From an uncultured Candidatus Micrarchaeota archaeon (GTDB taxonomy: Archaea; Micrarchaeota; Micrarchaeia; Anstonellales; Bilamarchaeaceae): a DNA stretch of 54,742 bases. Under the pieces are notes generated by a model. The model ran no database searches, was not told the DNA's origin, and was given only the letters and a program-made list of their open reading frames with translations. The translations under genes were made by a program, and so were the position numbers. Positions within the stretch are counted from its first letter, which is position 1. Each line of letters starts with the position of its first letter. Of this stretch, positions 25,901 to 33,854 are shown piece by piece. Location of the stretch: NCBI GenBank assembly GCA_903835325.1, contig CAILMU010000061.1, positions 1-54,742 on the forward strand. The letters run 5' to 3'.

Positions 25901-27961
25901 TCGAATTCGGTCCTTGGGCAGCCCAGCCGGGACGAATTGAAGAACAGGAGCGCCCTCGTCCATGCGACATGCCCGAGATGCCTCACAGCCGTCCATATAA
26001 GCAGCCTGAGCGGGACGGATAATGCGACCTTTGTCAACGAGGTGAGCGACATCTTCGGCGGCAAGGACTGTTTCGGGCTCGCAGGGAATCCGGTCGGAGG
26101 GCAATGCGACATGCAGGTCGCTGATGACCCTCTGCTTGGCGTGGACCTGGTGATCTTCGATTACGGGGTGCAGGAAAACCAAAAAGCGTATGCTGATGCG
26201 ACAAACCCGAAAAAGAAGGCGGATGCCGTCCTTCTGGACTTGGAGAACAGGGGATCCTACCTTCTTCAGAACTATAAGAAACCGTCGATAATCTACGATT
26301 TCTGGGTAGGGCAGGATATCCCCGGCAATGATGAATACCATGCCAAACTCGCATGGAATGATACCGAGGTCCGGCAATTGTTCAATGAGATAATCAACAA
26401 GGAGGACGGATTGGTGGCTGCCGGGATCAACGGGATATTCTATTCGCGCATCGCTGAATTCGGGCCGCTGGACTGGTCGAAACTGCAGGCGCAGGATGGA
26501 AGCATCCACGAGGCGATGTGCTCGCTCAGCAACGCATCCACGAGGATGGTGGCGCAGAAGCCGATGTCGTTCTTCAAGCGGGTATATGCCTCCGGCAACG
26601 TGAGCTGCGTGGATTGCACGGCCGACGACCTGTACAGCGGGAAATGCAATATGAACTGTTCGGATGGCACGCAATGCCTGCCTGGAGCGGATGTGAAGCC
26701 GCCTTACCTGGTCAGGTGTCCGGATGACGGCGTCCCTGAGCCATGCACGCCCTGCAACGAGACAGGGAAGACCTACACGTGCAGGGTGGAATACGACAAT
26801 GGCTCGGTGATCGTGCAGGATGTGGATTCGAAGGATATGAACACCGACTCATACGCCGATGTCATCTCAGGCCTCAATCCGCCGGATAAGTGCTGCATCA
26901 GCAAGGGCGGGACGAACTACACATATATGCAGCAGTCTGTGACGCTGAGCGTCGATGCGCCGATCGCATTCTCGAAGACCGGGGACACGAACATAGACTG
27001 CTCTTTCCCCTCGGCCTCATCGCAGAAACCCAGCGACTCGCAGTTCTGCAATGTGAAATCGATGGCTACCAATTACCGGGTCTCCTGCTTTGACAAGACC
27101 ACTTATGCGAACCTTAACAGCAAAGGCGCATTCAAAAACGGATTCGACTTCAATATCAACTACAACCAGCTTGGCGGCACCGGGAAGACCGGCGACTTGC
27201 CGGGGCAGGTCAGCCTCGGCAATATTTTCAAGAGCGGTTCTGGAAACCCCTCGGCCGGCGGCACCCCGAACGGAGTGATCACAAGCCCCGGGGCGGCGTT
27301 AGCGCAGGATCCCTGCCTTAGCAGCATGATATCCTCTTCGGGAGGCCATGTCAGGATAGGTTCAGGAAGCGGATATTCAGCGTCATCGCAACCGGTCGGA
27401 CCAGGAGGAGTGACCCCTGGCGGGACCGGGCAGACCGATTCCGGAACTGGTACGACGGAATGTCCGCCGGAGGTGTTCGCATGCTCAGCCGCGGCATCGT
27501 CTTTCGAGAAGGATGCCGAGATCAAGTGCAAAGCGTATATCGCCGATTGCAAGGTCCACCCGTACAACTACACCGCTACGGGGATATACCAGTATTGCTA
27601 TGGCGAGGACAGCTGCCAGCTGGCATATGACCGCTACTGCGCCAATGTCACGAAGAAATACGGCGCAGACGCATATTGCAACAACAATTGCTGCAAGAAG
27701 AGCTGTGAAACCTTCTGCTCAGGAGCCGGAGGAACGTCTTGCACGACCACCTGCCAGGACGGCCCGTGTCCGCCAGAAATGAAGCTTTGCCAATGCGCAG
27801 TGCAGACCGGGGGTAGTTGCGTCAAGGACTGCAAGGATGCGATCGGTTCGAGCAGTCCGATCGTCAACCCGCCATACCCATGGGCGCCTGGAGGCGCTCT
27901 TGCCGGCAAGAGCAACGATCCCTGCGGAGTCTATCAGAAAACAACGGAGACACCGAAATAG
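22940..27961 (+). CDS. module gene 7, copy A: giant Cys-rich, sequon-rich secreted or lipoprotein-like protein (1673 aa)
   Basis: TGATG overlap with gene 6. Signal peptide with lipobox-like LLIAGC. Five N-x-S/T sequons in the first 75 aa. Cys occurs throughout, with a very dense C-terminal Cys cluster and no C-terminal TM. Confidence 0.9.
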   Translation: MKILPIAISLMAFLLIAGCLEMPKNYSCCLKVNASDPQDKCVMYNSSDPDHPIDLSANTTSCNVTAGTCNITTKAGGINFVGAFPVIIAVPYPPETTLLQICTEAAPQKCIDPECSAMVCGDFEYTPKLGSSAEEMEKGLPNPPETSAAINLYHGQCKIMPMDYKLANVFENSPSYLNRFRLGIGSSFEEYSAYSTFFPTSDKFCNANPLGTIDRYENYLTAAETVYDPVKEINDSCVSDKNPSETPLSFKLGSLNIGGDGNLKTGYKNANFIRQVVFPWYSDQAGGGNHATPSSSNGKPLYAIDTHDFTGEKIAYMTPYSRPDTKFYGTELQKVYMDGAFEFDLWVISVNNKLDQLNVGPEPSMPAVCKNCFDTCNESITCMKSSIYQQYCQDYWDNSDAWAAKKKAAEDAVTKALGQKPKEAPRGAYECDPLNPTECMSARCDTQDYSRINLFTRDQEVALPCSHSKVNETRFGGNVTEYDVITCKPSIMNQGAGGKPVFSTAKADYLQGNGDYATSDAGDIVLFSFPFSKYPPDHVVAHTETNLFGTSSASDAGCVDPARCVQGAYPAEYKTDGKPVVGYTVMNRDEFPKTMLAQICNLQEGQDYQVVEVNDDTACGISEYAPENACLIVKDPNLPVGKNTCNIMYGNCGTGFLATDVGPHEMNYYGGNPLIVYNGLVRTFGKSSIFIPIWHGDPHGPGSYINNYGYANTIFPEEIRPQFVKDLEIKYNNTGYDYECLKTPSPESGLPPITDCLAGISNAPKEIVLINGFGTCNFNYSSRELETEYPVTKEYGWCDSCSLATLAYQKVERRGVPYVPLNEVGFSSISGSASVYKIDRSSGTPATLISPEVFEESQLNDPYQTTPICSWNPGYHIGSSIPSGQMNCSSNRDFEPYHKNNPFYIQAPKEVPEATYLKNQMARLLQSGAIPILDLSDKSNWEPGDAGIDLGSALQQGVTAVQIAAGGKDPVAKLVYNIGAVIVVVQDSNSVLGQPSRDELKNRSALVHATCPRCLTAVHISSLSGTDNATFVNEVSDIFGGKDCFGLAGNPVGGQCDMQVADDPLLGVDLVIFDYGVQENQKAYADATNPKKKADAVLLDLENRGSYLLQNYKKPSIIYDFWVGQDIPGNDEYHAKLAWNDTEVRQLFNEIINKEDGLVAAGINGIFYSRIAEFGPLDWSKLQAQDGSIHEAMCSLSNASTRMVAQKPMSFFKRVYASGNVSCVDCTADDLYSGKCNMNCSDGTQCLPGADVKPPYLVRCPDDGVPEPCTPCNETGKTYTCRVEYDNGSVIVQDVDSKDMNTDSYADVISGLNPPDKCCISKGGTNYTYMQQSVTLSVDAPIAFSKTGDTNIDCSFPSASSQKPSDSQFCNVKSMATNYRVSCFDKTTYANLNSKGAFKNGFDFNINYNQLGGTGKTGDLPGQVSLGNIFKSGSGNPSAGGTPNGVITSPGAALAQDPCLSSMISSSGGHVRIGSGSGYSASSQPVGPGGVTPGGTGQTDSGTGTTECPPEVFACSAAASSFEKDAEIKCKAYIADCKVHPYNYTATGIYQYCYGEDSCQLAYDRYCANVTKKYGADAYCNNNCCKKSCETFCSGAGGTSCTTTCQDGPCPPEMKLCQCAVQTGGSCVKDCKDAIGSSSPIVNPPYPWAPGGALAGKSNDPCGVYQKTTETPK

Positions 27962-27971
27962 CGTAATTGCG

Positions 27972-28150
27972 ATGCGGATCGGAATCCTCCGTCTCTTCCA
28001 CCATCTTCCGCGGGATGAGCGCATCTCCACGCATGCGGCGCTTGTTGCCCGGGCCTTCGGCGCCACGCCTATTGTTTATAGCTTGTTCATAGGCGAGCGC
28101 ATGACGGTGGTCTCGAACCGGGTGTTCCGCGCATCGCCGATTGCTGGACA
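27972..28150 (+). pseudogene. frameshifted 5' remnant of trm56 marking the duplication junction
   Basis: MRIGILRLFHHLPRDERISTHAALVARAFGATPIVYS aligns with the N-terminus of the intact trm56 at 45523. After an 11-nt length difference, homology continues in another frame: GLEPGVPRIADCW against GLELSVSRIAERW. Confidence 0.75.
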
Positions 28151-28230
28151 GGATTGTTGGATTGCTTTGTCGGATAGGATTGCCGAACAGGTAGACCGGC
28201 CTGAAAAGTATTTCGGGAACGCACCTGCCA

Positions 28231-31200
28231 TCATTCCTTCTCGCTCTCAGGCGGGCGTATAGGGGACGGAGGCCTAAGCTCCTGGGAAGGGAGGGAAGGA
28301 GCCTTGTATGTCTCGAATCCAGGCATCTCCAGCCGGAGATTGGTGCCCGGCGCATGCGAAGGCGCATCCGGGGTCCGGATGTATTCCTGCTTCATGCTCT
28401 CGAAACCGGCCATCTCGGCCTCTGGACGCTTCCTCATCTCCATGAAATGCTTCTCCCACTCAGGAGGTTCGCCCGGGGCGCCCCCCGCCGGCGCGCCTGC
28501 CGGGGCATGGATCTCCGGCTCCAGGGGCTTGCCGGTGGTCATGACGAAATTCGTGAATCCTATCGCGAGATCGAATGAATTTATCCTGCGGTACATCCCT
28601 TCCTCCTCGGCCTGGCGCTGGTCGGAGGCTCTCAGCTCTGCGGTCGCGTGGGCGAGCTCTGCGTTCGCTGATTCGTGCATGTCGAGCAGGCCTATATTGG
28701 CCGGTTCATGGTGGTTCACATAACCGAGGACAGCGACCGCGTCGTTGGCCGCTCCGCTCACTATCTTCCCCACATCCAGGTCAGGCGGAGCCGAATAAAG
28801 GGTGGGGGTTTCCAGCGCGCGCTCGGTCGCACCATGGTGGTCCCCTGCGGCAATGAACAGGTCGCCCAGATTGGTCACGAAAGAGCCCCCGGCGACACCC
28901 GGGCCCATCTCGGGTTCTCCCCTGATGAAATGCTCGCCGACCCAGTTCTTTGAATCTGTATCGGTCCGCTGGGCGAGCTCATAGCCCGAGGACATGCCCC
29001 GCGCTGGATCGCCGGGATCGGCCAGCAATCTCCTTGCGCTCTGCTCGAGCACGGCCTGGTTTATCTCCGGATCCTTGGCGCCGGCCTTCTCGACCGCCTC
29101 GTGTATCTTGCGCTCCTCCTCTGCCCTGCCGCTTGTGCCCCTGTCTTCGGCGATCCCCGCCAGATCCTTCTGGAAATTGGCCAGGGCCGGGTGCGCCTTG
29201 TAATAATCGTCCATCACATTCTCCATGAACATGCCCCTGAACTCCGCGTTCGCATAGTTCGCGTTCTGATGCGCCTCGATGACCTGGTCGCGTTGCTTGT
29301 TCGCGCTTTCGAAGAATCCGCCCTGCCCGAGCCAGCAATCCTTGGGCAGGATTTCGCGGGCGAACGCCATCGCCTCGTTCTCCTTGGCTCCTGTGAGCTC
29401 CTTCCCGGTCCTGCCGTCGCGGACTATCGGCCCGCCCTCGGACTGCTCGAACCTCAGCTGATCTGTGCCCAAGCGCTTGATTCTATCCGGGTCCTTCGCG
29501 ATATCGATCCCGATATCATTGACGCCCTGGTTCGGAACGTTCGCCAGAAGTATAGCTGCCTGCGCATCGCTCAACCTCTCGCCGGTGTGCGCATTCGATA
29601 TCGATCCATCCGCCTCGCGCCTGAATGTGTTGGCCAGAATCTTCTCTTCGGCAGTGCCGGGGGTCTCCATCCGTGCGATCAGGCGGTCGTCGCTTATGAC
29701 CAGCAGCCCGGTTTTATCGAATGGATCGGTCCTGCCGAGTGAGACTTCGATGCCCTGCGCGGTCAAGGCATCGCTGCGCACGCCCAGGCGGCCGTCACGC
29801 GTGAATGCGACTCCGAGCCCGAGGTGCTCCTTATCGGCCAAGTCCATCGATATCCCGGTGTGGGCTGCGTATGCGCCGACCAGGTCTCCGACGGTTATCT
29901 CCTTGCGCGCAACCCCCGCCGGGCCTGCGGCCTCGGCATGGAGCGCGGCCGAGAGGGTGAGCGGATTGGATTCTGTGCCGACGATATCGCGCTTCACGTC
30001 TATCTGCAGCGAGTTCAGGGCAGTGACCCTTCCGGCGGAATCCCGCTCGACGCTGTATGACATGCCTCCGCTGGTGGTCACCCGGTTCATATTCGGATCC
30101 GAGACCATGTCCACTTTCTGGTGCGGATCGATCACGCCCATTATCTGCGCGAATTCCTTGCTTCCTACAGCAGACCGCTGCTGCTCGGTCACCAGGACTT
30201 TCGAGATATTGCCGGATTCATCGCGCCCGAGCGTCATGAGCTTTCCGTCCGGCATGCCGACCATCACGGCATTGCCCGATGAATCGCGTATGACGCCGTA
30301 TGTCTTGCCGTCCGATGAGGTATATGTCGATGGGAACGGCCCGCCCTGGGGCGGTTGCGATTCCATGGCTTCGCGGACTCCGGCCGGGAGCCTGCCGTAC
30401 TGCGGGCTGCCGCCTTCGATGAGTTTGGCATTGGTTTCGACATATCCGTGTACCATCATGTTGCCCTTGTCATCGAACTTGACCTTCCCATTTTCTACCA
30501 ATGGGATGGCTTCCACGGTCCTGCCATCCAATGTCGGCATGAGTATCTGCTTCCCTTCTCTCAGCGCCGGCCCCACAGCATCGGCGCTCAGCGCGCTTTC
30601 GGGTATCTGGTTCCCGAGCTTCTTGAACTCGTCCGTCCCGGCCATTATCGGCCTGGGGACGAGACGCTGGTTGCCGAAAGGGTCGGTTATCACGTCCTTC
30701 ATCTGGCCGTTCACTTCCATGGCGACGATTTTGTTGTCCTTAAGTTCGGCCCTGGCACCGCTCGAGCTCATGGCTATCCCGGTGATGGAGATAGGCGCTC
30801 CATCCTTCGGCAGGGAGCGCGAATCAAGGTATACGATCGTCCCGCCGACATTGAGCTGTACATAATTGGGGACATTCCCTTTCGCGCCTGGCGGGCCTGG
30901 TTCGGTCACGATGGCGCCGTTTTTCACCTGCACTATCTGGCCGTTGATGAACGCGAATCCGGTCTTGGCCTTGGCATCGCCGCCTTCGAGGAAAAGGCCC
31001 TGCACCTGCTTGCCCTCCATATTCAGGCTCATCTTCTGCGCATTGGACAGGTCGACATTCGTCTTGGGAGAGAGGGCGCGGACATTGAGCGCCGAATCGA
31101 GCGCCGCAGCTTTCCTCTCCTCGGCTTTGCGCATCTCATTGGCGTTAGCGACCGAGCCCTTGAACATGTTATCGAAAAGGAGGCCCAGGATCGGAACATA

Positions 31201-32568
31201 ATGCAGGAATTTCTTTATCGCTTCGTGGTCAGACCTGTCTCCGGTGGAGACAACACCTCCCTTGGCGTCGCGCGTCTCCTTCCCGCTCCCAGCGCCGAAC
31301 GGAACGAAAGCCGGGAGGAGGAACTGGTAGAGGTTCGATGTCCGAAGCGCCAGGACGAGCATGTTGCCAAGAGCGCTCCATGCATCCGCGCCTGGCTGGG
31401 CTTTCTGGGGCGGCGCGCTCGCAGTAAGGACCATGTTCCTGCCCAAGCCAACGAAAGGCACGACCCCTCCGACGATCCCGCTCACGCTCCATTGGGAAAG
31501 CCCTTTCGGGCCCCCTTCACCCGCGAACGGTTTATCATACCATGCCACTTTCGATTTGGCTGCCGGCGTAACTCCAGTCGTTGACCTCTGGACCTGGCCT
31601 ATCTTGCCTCCTTTGGCGCCGGCTGGGGGCGCTCCGCCTTTGGCAGGACCTGCCGGCGCCCCGCCGCCTTCGGCTTTTGCTTCGCCCTCCTTCGCCTCGC
31701 CTTCGCCTCCGCCCGCGAACTCCAACGAAGTGCGGGCGTATGCCATGATGATAGAGCCCCAGTTGATTGACTTGCCGCGCATGCGCGCCTCATAGCGGAC
31801 GTGCTGGCCAATACGCGGGGTCGAAAGGTCGAAGGCGCCGAACGGGTTCCGCCCGGAGACCTGCAACGCACCGACGAGCAGGGCGAGGATTATCAGGAAC
31901 GGAAGGCAGAATTCCACAGAGCCCTTGTCCTTCGCCTGCGGGGGCTGGGGGCAGTAAGGCACGGTGGCGACTGCCGGCAGGAGCGAATACGTCTCCGGCA
32001 TGAGTATCTGCCCCGGGACGAAATTCCCCGGAGGCTGCGGGGCGGCGCTCAGGCTGGTCGGGATGGCGGCGTTCTTGGATGTGATATTCAGCATGTCAAG
32101 GCACTCCTGGAACCCGCATCCGTTGCTGAAAGGGCAGTAGAAGAAGATGAATCTCTGGCATATGGCGTTCTGGGCGTTGTCATATGGCGAAAGGTTGAAG
32201 GTCGCGATGCCGTTTTCGTCGGTGTAAAGGAGCCAGAGCTCTTTGTTATACGGGACATAAGCCAGTATTGTCGTGTTCTCCACCATCTGCCGGGTTGGAT
32301 TCGCGCTCGAGTTGGTATAATATAGCGCGACCTGCACGACATGATGCTGGCTGTCCACGAAAGCGGTCATGCCCGTATCCTGGTAGCTGGCGATGGAGAG
32401 GCAGCTCGGGCATTCGCCGGAATTGAAAATCTGCGCATAGTTGCCGGCGCCGGATTGGAAGACGAGCCCCTGGGGGACGAGCGGGTATGCGGATGCTGCC
32501 TGGACCATGAGGAGGATGAAAAGAAAGGGCGCTTTCGATGCCGAGCTCAGCTCCATAAGGATAAACAT
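28231..32568 (-). CDS. module gene 0, copy B: giant membrane-anchored protein (1445 aa)
   Basis: Same architecture as 11337-15107: GECPSC, CPFSNGCGFQEC, TM helix FCLPFLIILALLVGALQV, then PRIGQHVRYEARMRGK. It has an extra Gly/Ala/Lys/Glu low-complexity stretch. Confidence 0.9.
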   Translation of the reverse strand: MFILMELSSASKAPFLFILLMVQAASAYPLVPQGLVFQSGAGNYAQIFNSGECPSCLSIASYQDTGMTAFVDSQHHVVQVALYYTNSSANPTRQMVENTTILAYVPYNKELWLLYTDENGIATFNLSPYDNAQNAICQRFIFFYCPFSNGCGFQECLDMLNITSKNAAIPTSLSAAPQPPGNFVPGQILMPETYSLLPAVATVPYCPQPPQAKDKGSVEFCLPFLIILALLVGALQVSGRNPFGAFDLSTPRIGQHVRYEARMRGKSINWGSIIMAYARTSLEFAGGGEGEAKEGEAKAEGGGAPAGPAKGGAPPAGAKGGKIGQVQRSTTGVTPAAKSKVAWYDKPFAGEGGPKGLSQWSVSGIVGGVVPFVGLGRNMVLTASAPPQKAQPGADAWSALGNMLVLALRTSNLYQFLLPAFVPFGAGSGKETRDAKGGVVSTGDRSDHEAIKKFLHYVPILGLLFDNMFKGSVANANEMRKAEERKAAALDSALNVRALSPKTNVDLSNAQKMSLNMEGKQVQGLFLEGGDAKAKTGFAFINGQIVQVKNGAIVTEPGPPGAKGNVPNYVQLNVGGTIVYLDSRSLPKDGAPISITGIAMSSSGARAELKDNKIVAMEVNGQMKDVITDPFGNQRLVPRPIMAGTDEFKKLGNQIPESALSADAVGPALREGKQILMPTLDGRTVEAIPLVENGKVKFDDKGNMMVHGYVETNAKLIEGGSPQYGRLPAGVREAMESQPPQGGPFPSTYTSSDGKTYGVIRDSSGNAVMVGMPDGKLMTLGRDESGNISKVLVTEQQRSAVGSKEFAQIMGVIDPHQKVDMVSDPNMNRVTTSGGMSYSVERDSAGRVTALNSLQIDVKRDIVGTESNPLTLSAALHAEAAGPAGVARKEITVGDLVGAYAAHTGISMDLADKEHLGLGVAFTRDGRLGVRSDALTAQGIEVSLGRTDPFDKTGLLVISDDRLIARMETPGTAEEKILANTFRREADGSISNAHTGERLSDAQAAILLANVPNQGVNDIGIDIAKDPDRIKRLGTDQLRFEQSEGGPIVRDGRTGKELTGAKENEAMAFAREILPKDCWLGQGGFFESANKQRDQVIEAHQNANYANAEFRGMFMENVMDDYYKAHPALANFQKDLAGIAEDRGTSGRAEEERKIHEAVEKAGAKDPEINQAVLEQSARRLLADPGDPARGMSSGYELAQRTDTDSKNWVGEHFIRGEPEMGPGVAGGSFVTNLGDLFIAAGDHHGATERALETPTLYSAPPDLDVGKIVSGAANDAVAVLGYVNHHEPANIGLLDMHESANAELAHATAELRASDQRQAEEEGMYRRINSFDLAIGFTNFVMTTGKPLEPEIHAPAGAPAGGAPGEPPEWEKHFMEMRKRPEAEMAGFESMKQEYIRTPDAPSHAPGTNLRLEMPGFETYKAPSLPSQELRPPSPIRPPESEKE

Positions 32569-32606
32569 CAGTTAAGCCTTTAAAAATGGCAATGATAAAT
32601 ACCAAT
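32569..32606. promoter_or_regulatory. 38-bp divergent control spacer, copy B
   Basis: Sequence CAGTTAAGCCTTTAAAAATGGCAATGATAAATACCAAT. TTTAAAAA lies about 22-30 nt upstream of the ATG at 32607. TATTTATC on the minus strand lies about 25-31 nt upstream of the ATG at 32568. Confidence 0.5.
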
Positions 32607-33854
32607 ATGCGCTGGGCCATCATCCTGCTGCTCTTATTCGGAGCTTCATTCGCAGCCGGCACTGACGTCTTTCTCCTCATCTTCCCTTTTGCTGTCATCA
32701 TAGTCGCGATAATCCTCGCCCTTCTGCGCATGGCGGCGGACACATTCTCCCTGCCAGGGCTATCGGCGTATGTCAAGACAGAGCTGGGCGAGCTTTTCGC
32801 AGGCGTGATACTCGCCCTCATAGTATATGCGTTCATCATCAGCTCGGACCAGCTCTCGACACTGCTAACCGGGCAGAGCGCGACCATGCTCGCCGAGAGC
32901 CATTTCGAGAGCCTCGTCACGCAGTATTATATCCCCACATTCCTGGGGATAATCCGGATAGGCACCCAGCTCAAGGCGATGATATCGTTCAGCACCAACC
33001 AGGCCATCCCGGCGCTATGGATGTCGTGGGGCTGGACGATAAGCAGCTATGGTGGCCTTTCTCCGCTCCTCTCGAGCCTGACCATGGCCGTCCAAGGGCT
33101 CTCTAATAGTATACTATTGTATGAATCGGTGCTTCTTCTCCTGCGGTTCTCCAGCGCGATCATTCCGACGATAGTCCTGCCTTTGGCCCTTTCCCTGAGG
33201 CTGATACCCTTCACGCGCCAGGCAGGAACAGCCCTGACTGCGATCTGCATATCGGTCCTTGTCATCTTCCCATGGTCGGTGGTGTTCGTGGACCAAATCC
33301 ACAGCCAGGACGTGGTCCCATACCCTAACCCGGTGGCGGGTGGCGCGGTCGGGAGGATAATCTCGAATCTCGGGATCAACTTCCCATCATCGGAAGTGCT
33401 CGAGTTCCTCTGCCAGAACCATGCGTTCCGCTTCTTCCTCCAGCTCAACGAGCTCGGGTGGGTGGGGGTCCTCTGCCCGCCGACTTGCCTAGCGATAGCC
33501 GCTAGCGTATGCGCCGGGACAGGCCCGGGTTATGCCGCCTGCTTCGGAGCGGCTTTCTGGGCATGCTTCGAGACCTGCTTCTGGCTGATAGTCCTGGTGG
33601 ACTATCCGGTGACCGTCCTTGGCGCCCAGCTGATTTACAACACGATAGGGACCTCTTTCATCAATGTCAGCTCTTCCCAGGCAGGGTCGATATTCGATGC
33701 CATGTATCCCTTCATGGCGGCGGTAAACAATCTCGTCATGATGGGCTACGTGGATGCGATCATAATAGGCGTGTTCACGATAGTCGGGGCAAGGGCAGTC
33801 TCGGCGGCGCTTGGCGGCGAGTGGTCCATGATACGTTTCCAGAGGCTGGTCTGA
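32607..33854 (+). CDS. module gene 1, copy B: polytopic membrane protein (415 aa; 422 aa if started at 32586)
   Basis: MRWAIILLLLFG aligns with the copy-A start MRWQMLILILFS. This choice gives the same 38-bp spacer as copy A. C-terminal tail is ALGGEWSMIRFQRLV. Confidence 0.88.
   Translation: MRWAIILLLLFGASFAAGTDVFLLIFPFAVIIVAIILALLRMAADTFSLPGLSAYVKTELGELFAGVILALIVYAFIISSDQLSTLLTGQSATMLAESHFESLVTQYYIPTFLGIIRIGTQLKAMISFSTNQAIPALWMSWGWTISSYGGLSPLLSSLTMAVQGLSNSILLYESVLLLLRFSSAIIPTIVLPLALSLRLIPFTRQAGTALTAICISVLVIFPWSVVFVDQIHSQDVVPYPNPVAGGAVGRIISNLGINFPSSEVLEFLCQNHAFRFFLQLNELGWVGVLCPPTCLAIAASVCAGTGPGYAACFGAAFWACFETCFWLIVLVDYPVTVLGAQLIYNTIGTSFINVSSSQAGSIFDAMYPFMAAVNNLVMMGYVDAIIIGVFTIVGARAVSAALGGEWSMIRFQRLV

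Larger units (their letters stand above)
11337..28082. repeat. tandem duplication unit, copy A (8 genes plus trm56 5' remnant)
   Basis: Gene-for-gene colinear with 28231-45645 in order, strand, protein size and junction types. See findings. Confidence 0.85.

Noticed and set aside
25586-26674. 362-aa minus-strand ORF inside module gene 7 (copy A). Similar long antisense ORFs occur at 40469-41371, 29465-30865, 30355-31584, 5321-5977 and 50033-50704.
   Set aside because: All lie antisense or out of frame inside long ORFs that are conserved between the two module copies or have natural composition. Their translations are Arg/Pro/His/Gly-rich with no hydrophobic periodicity. This is the expected artefact of moderately high GC content.
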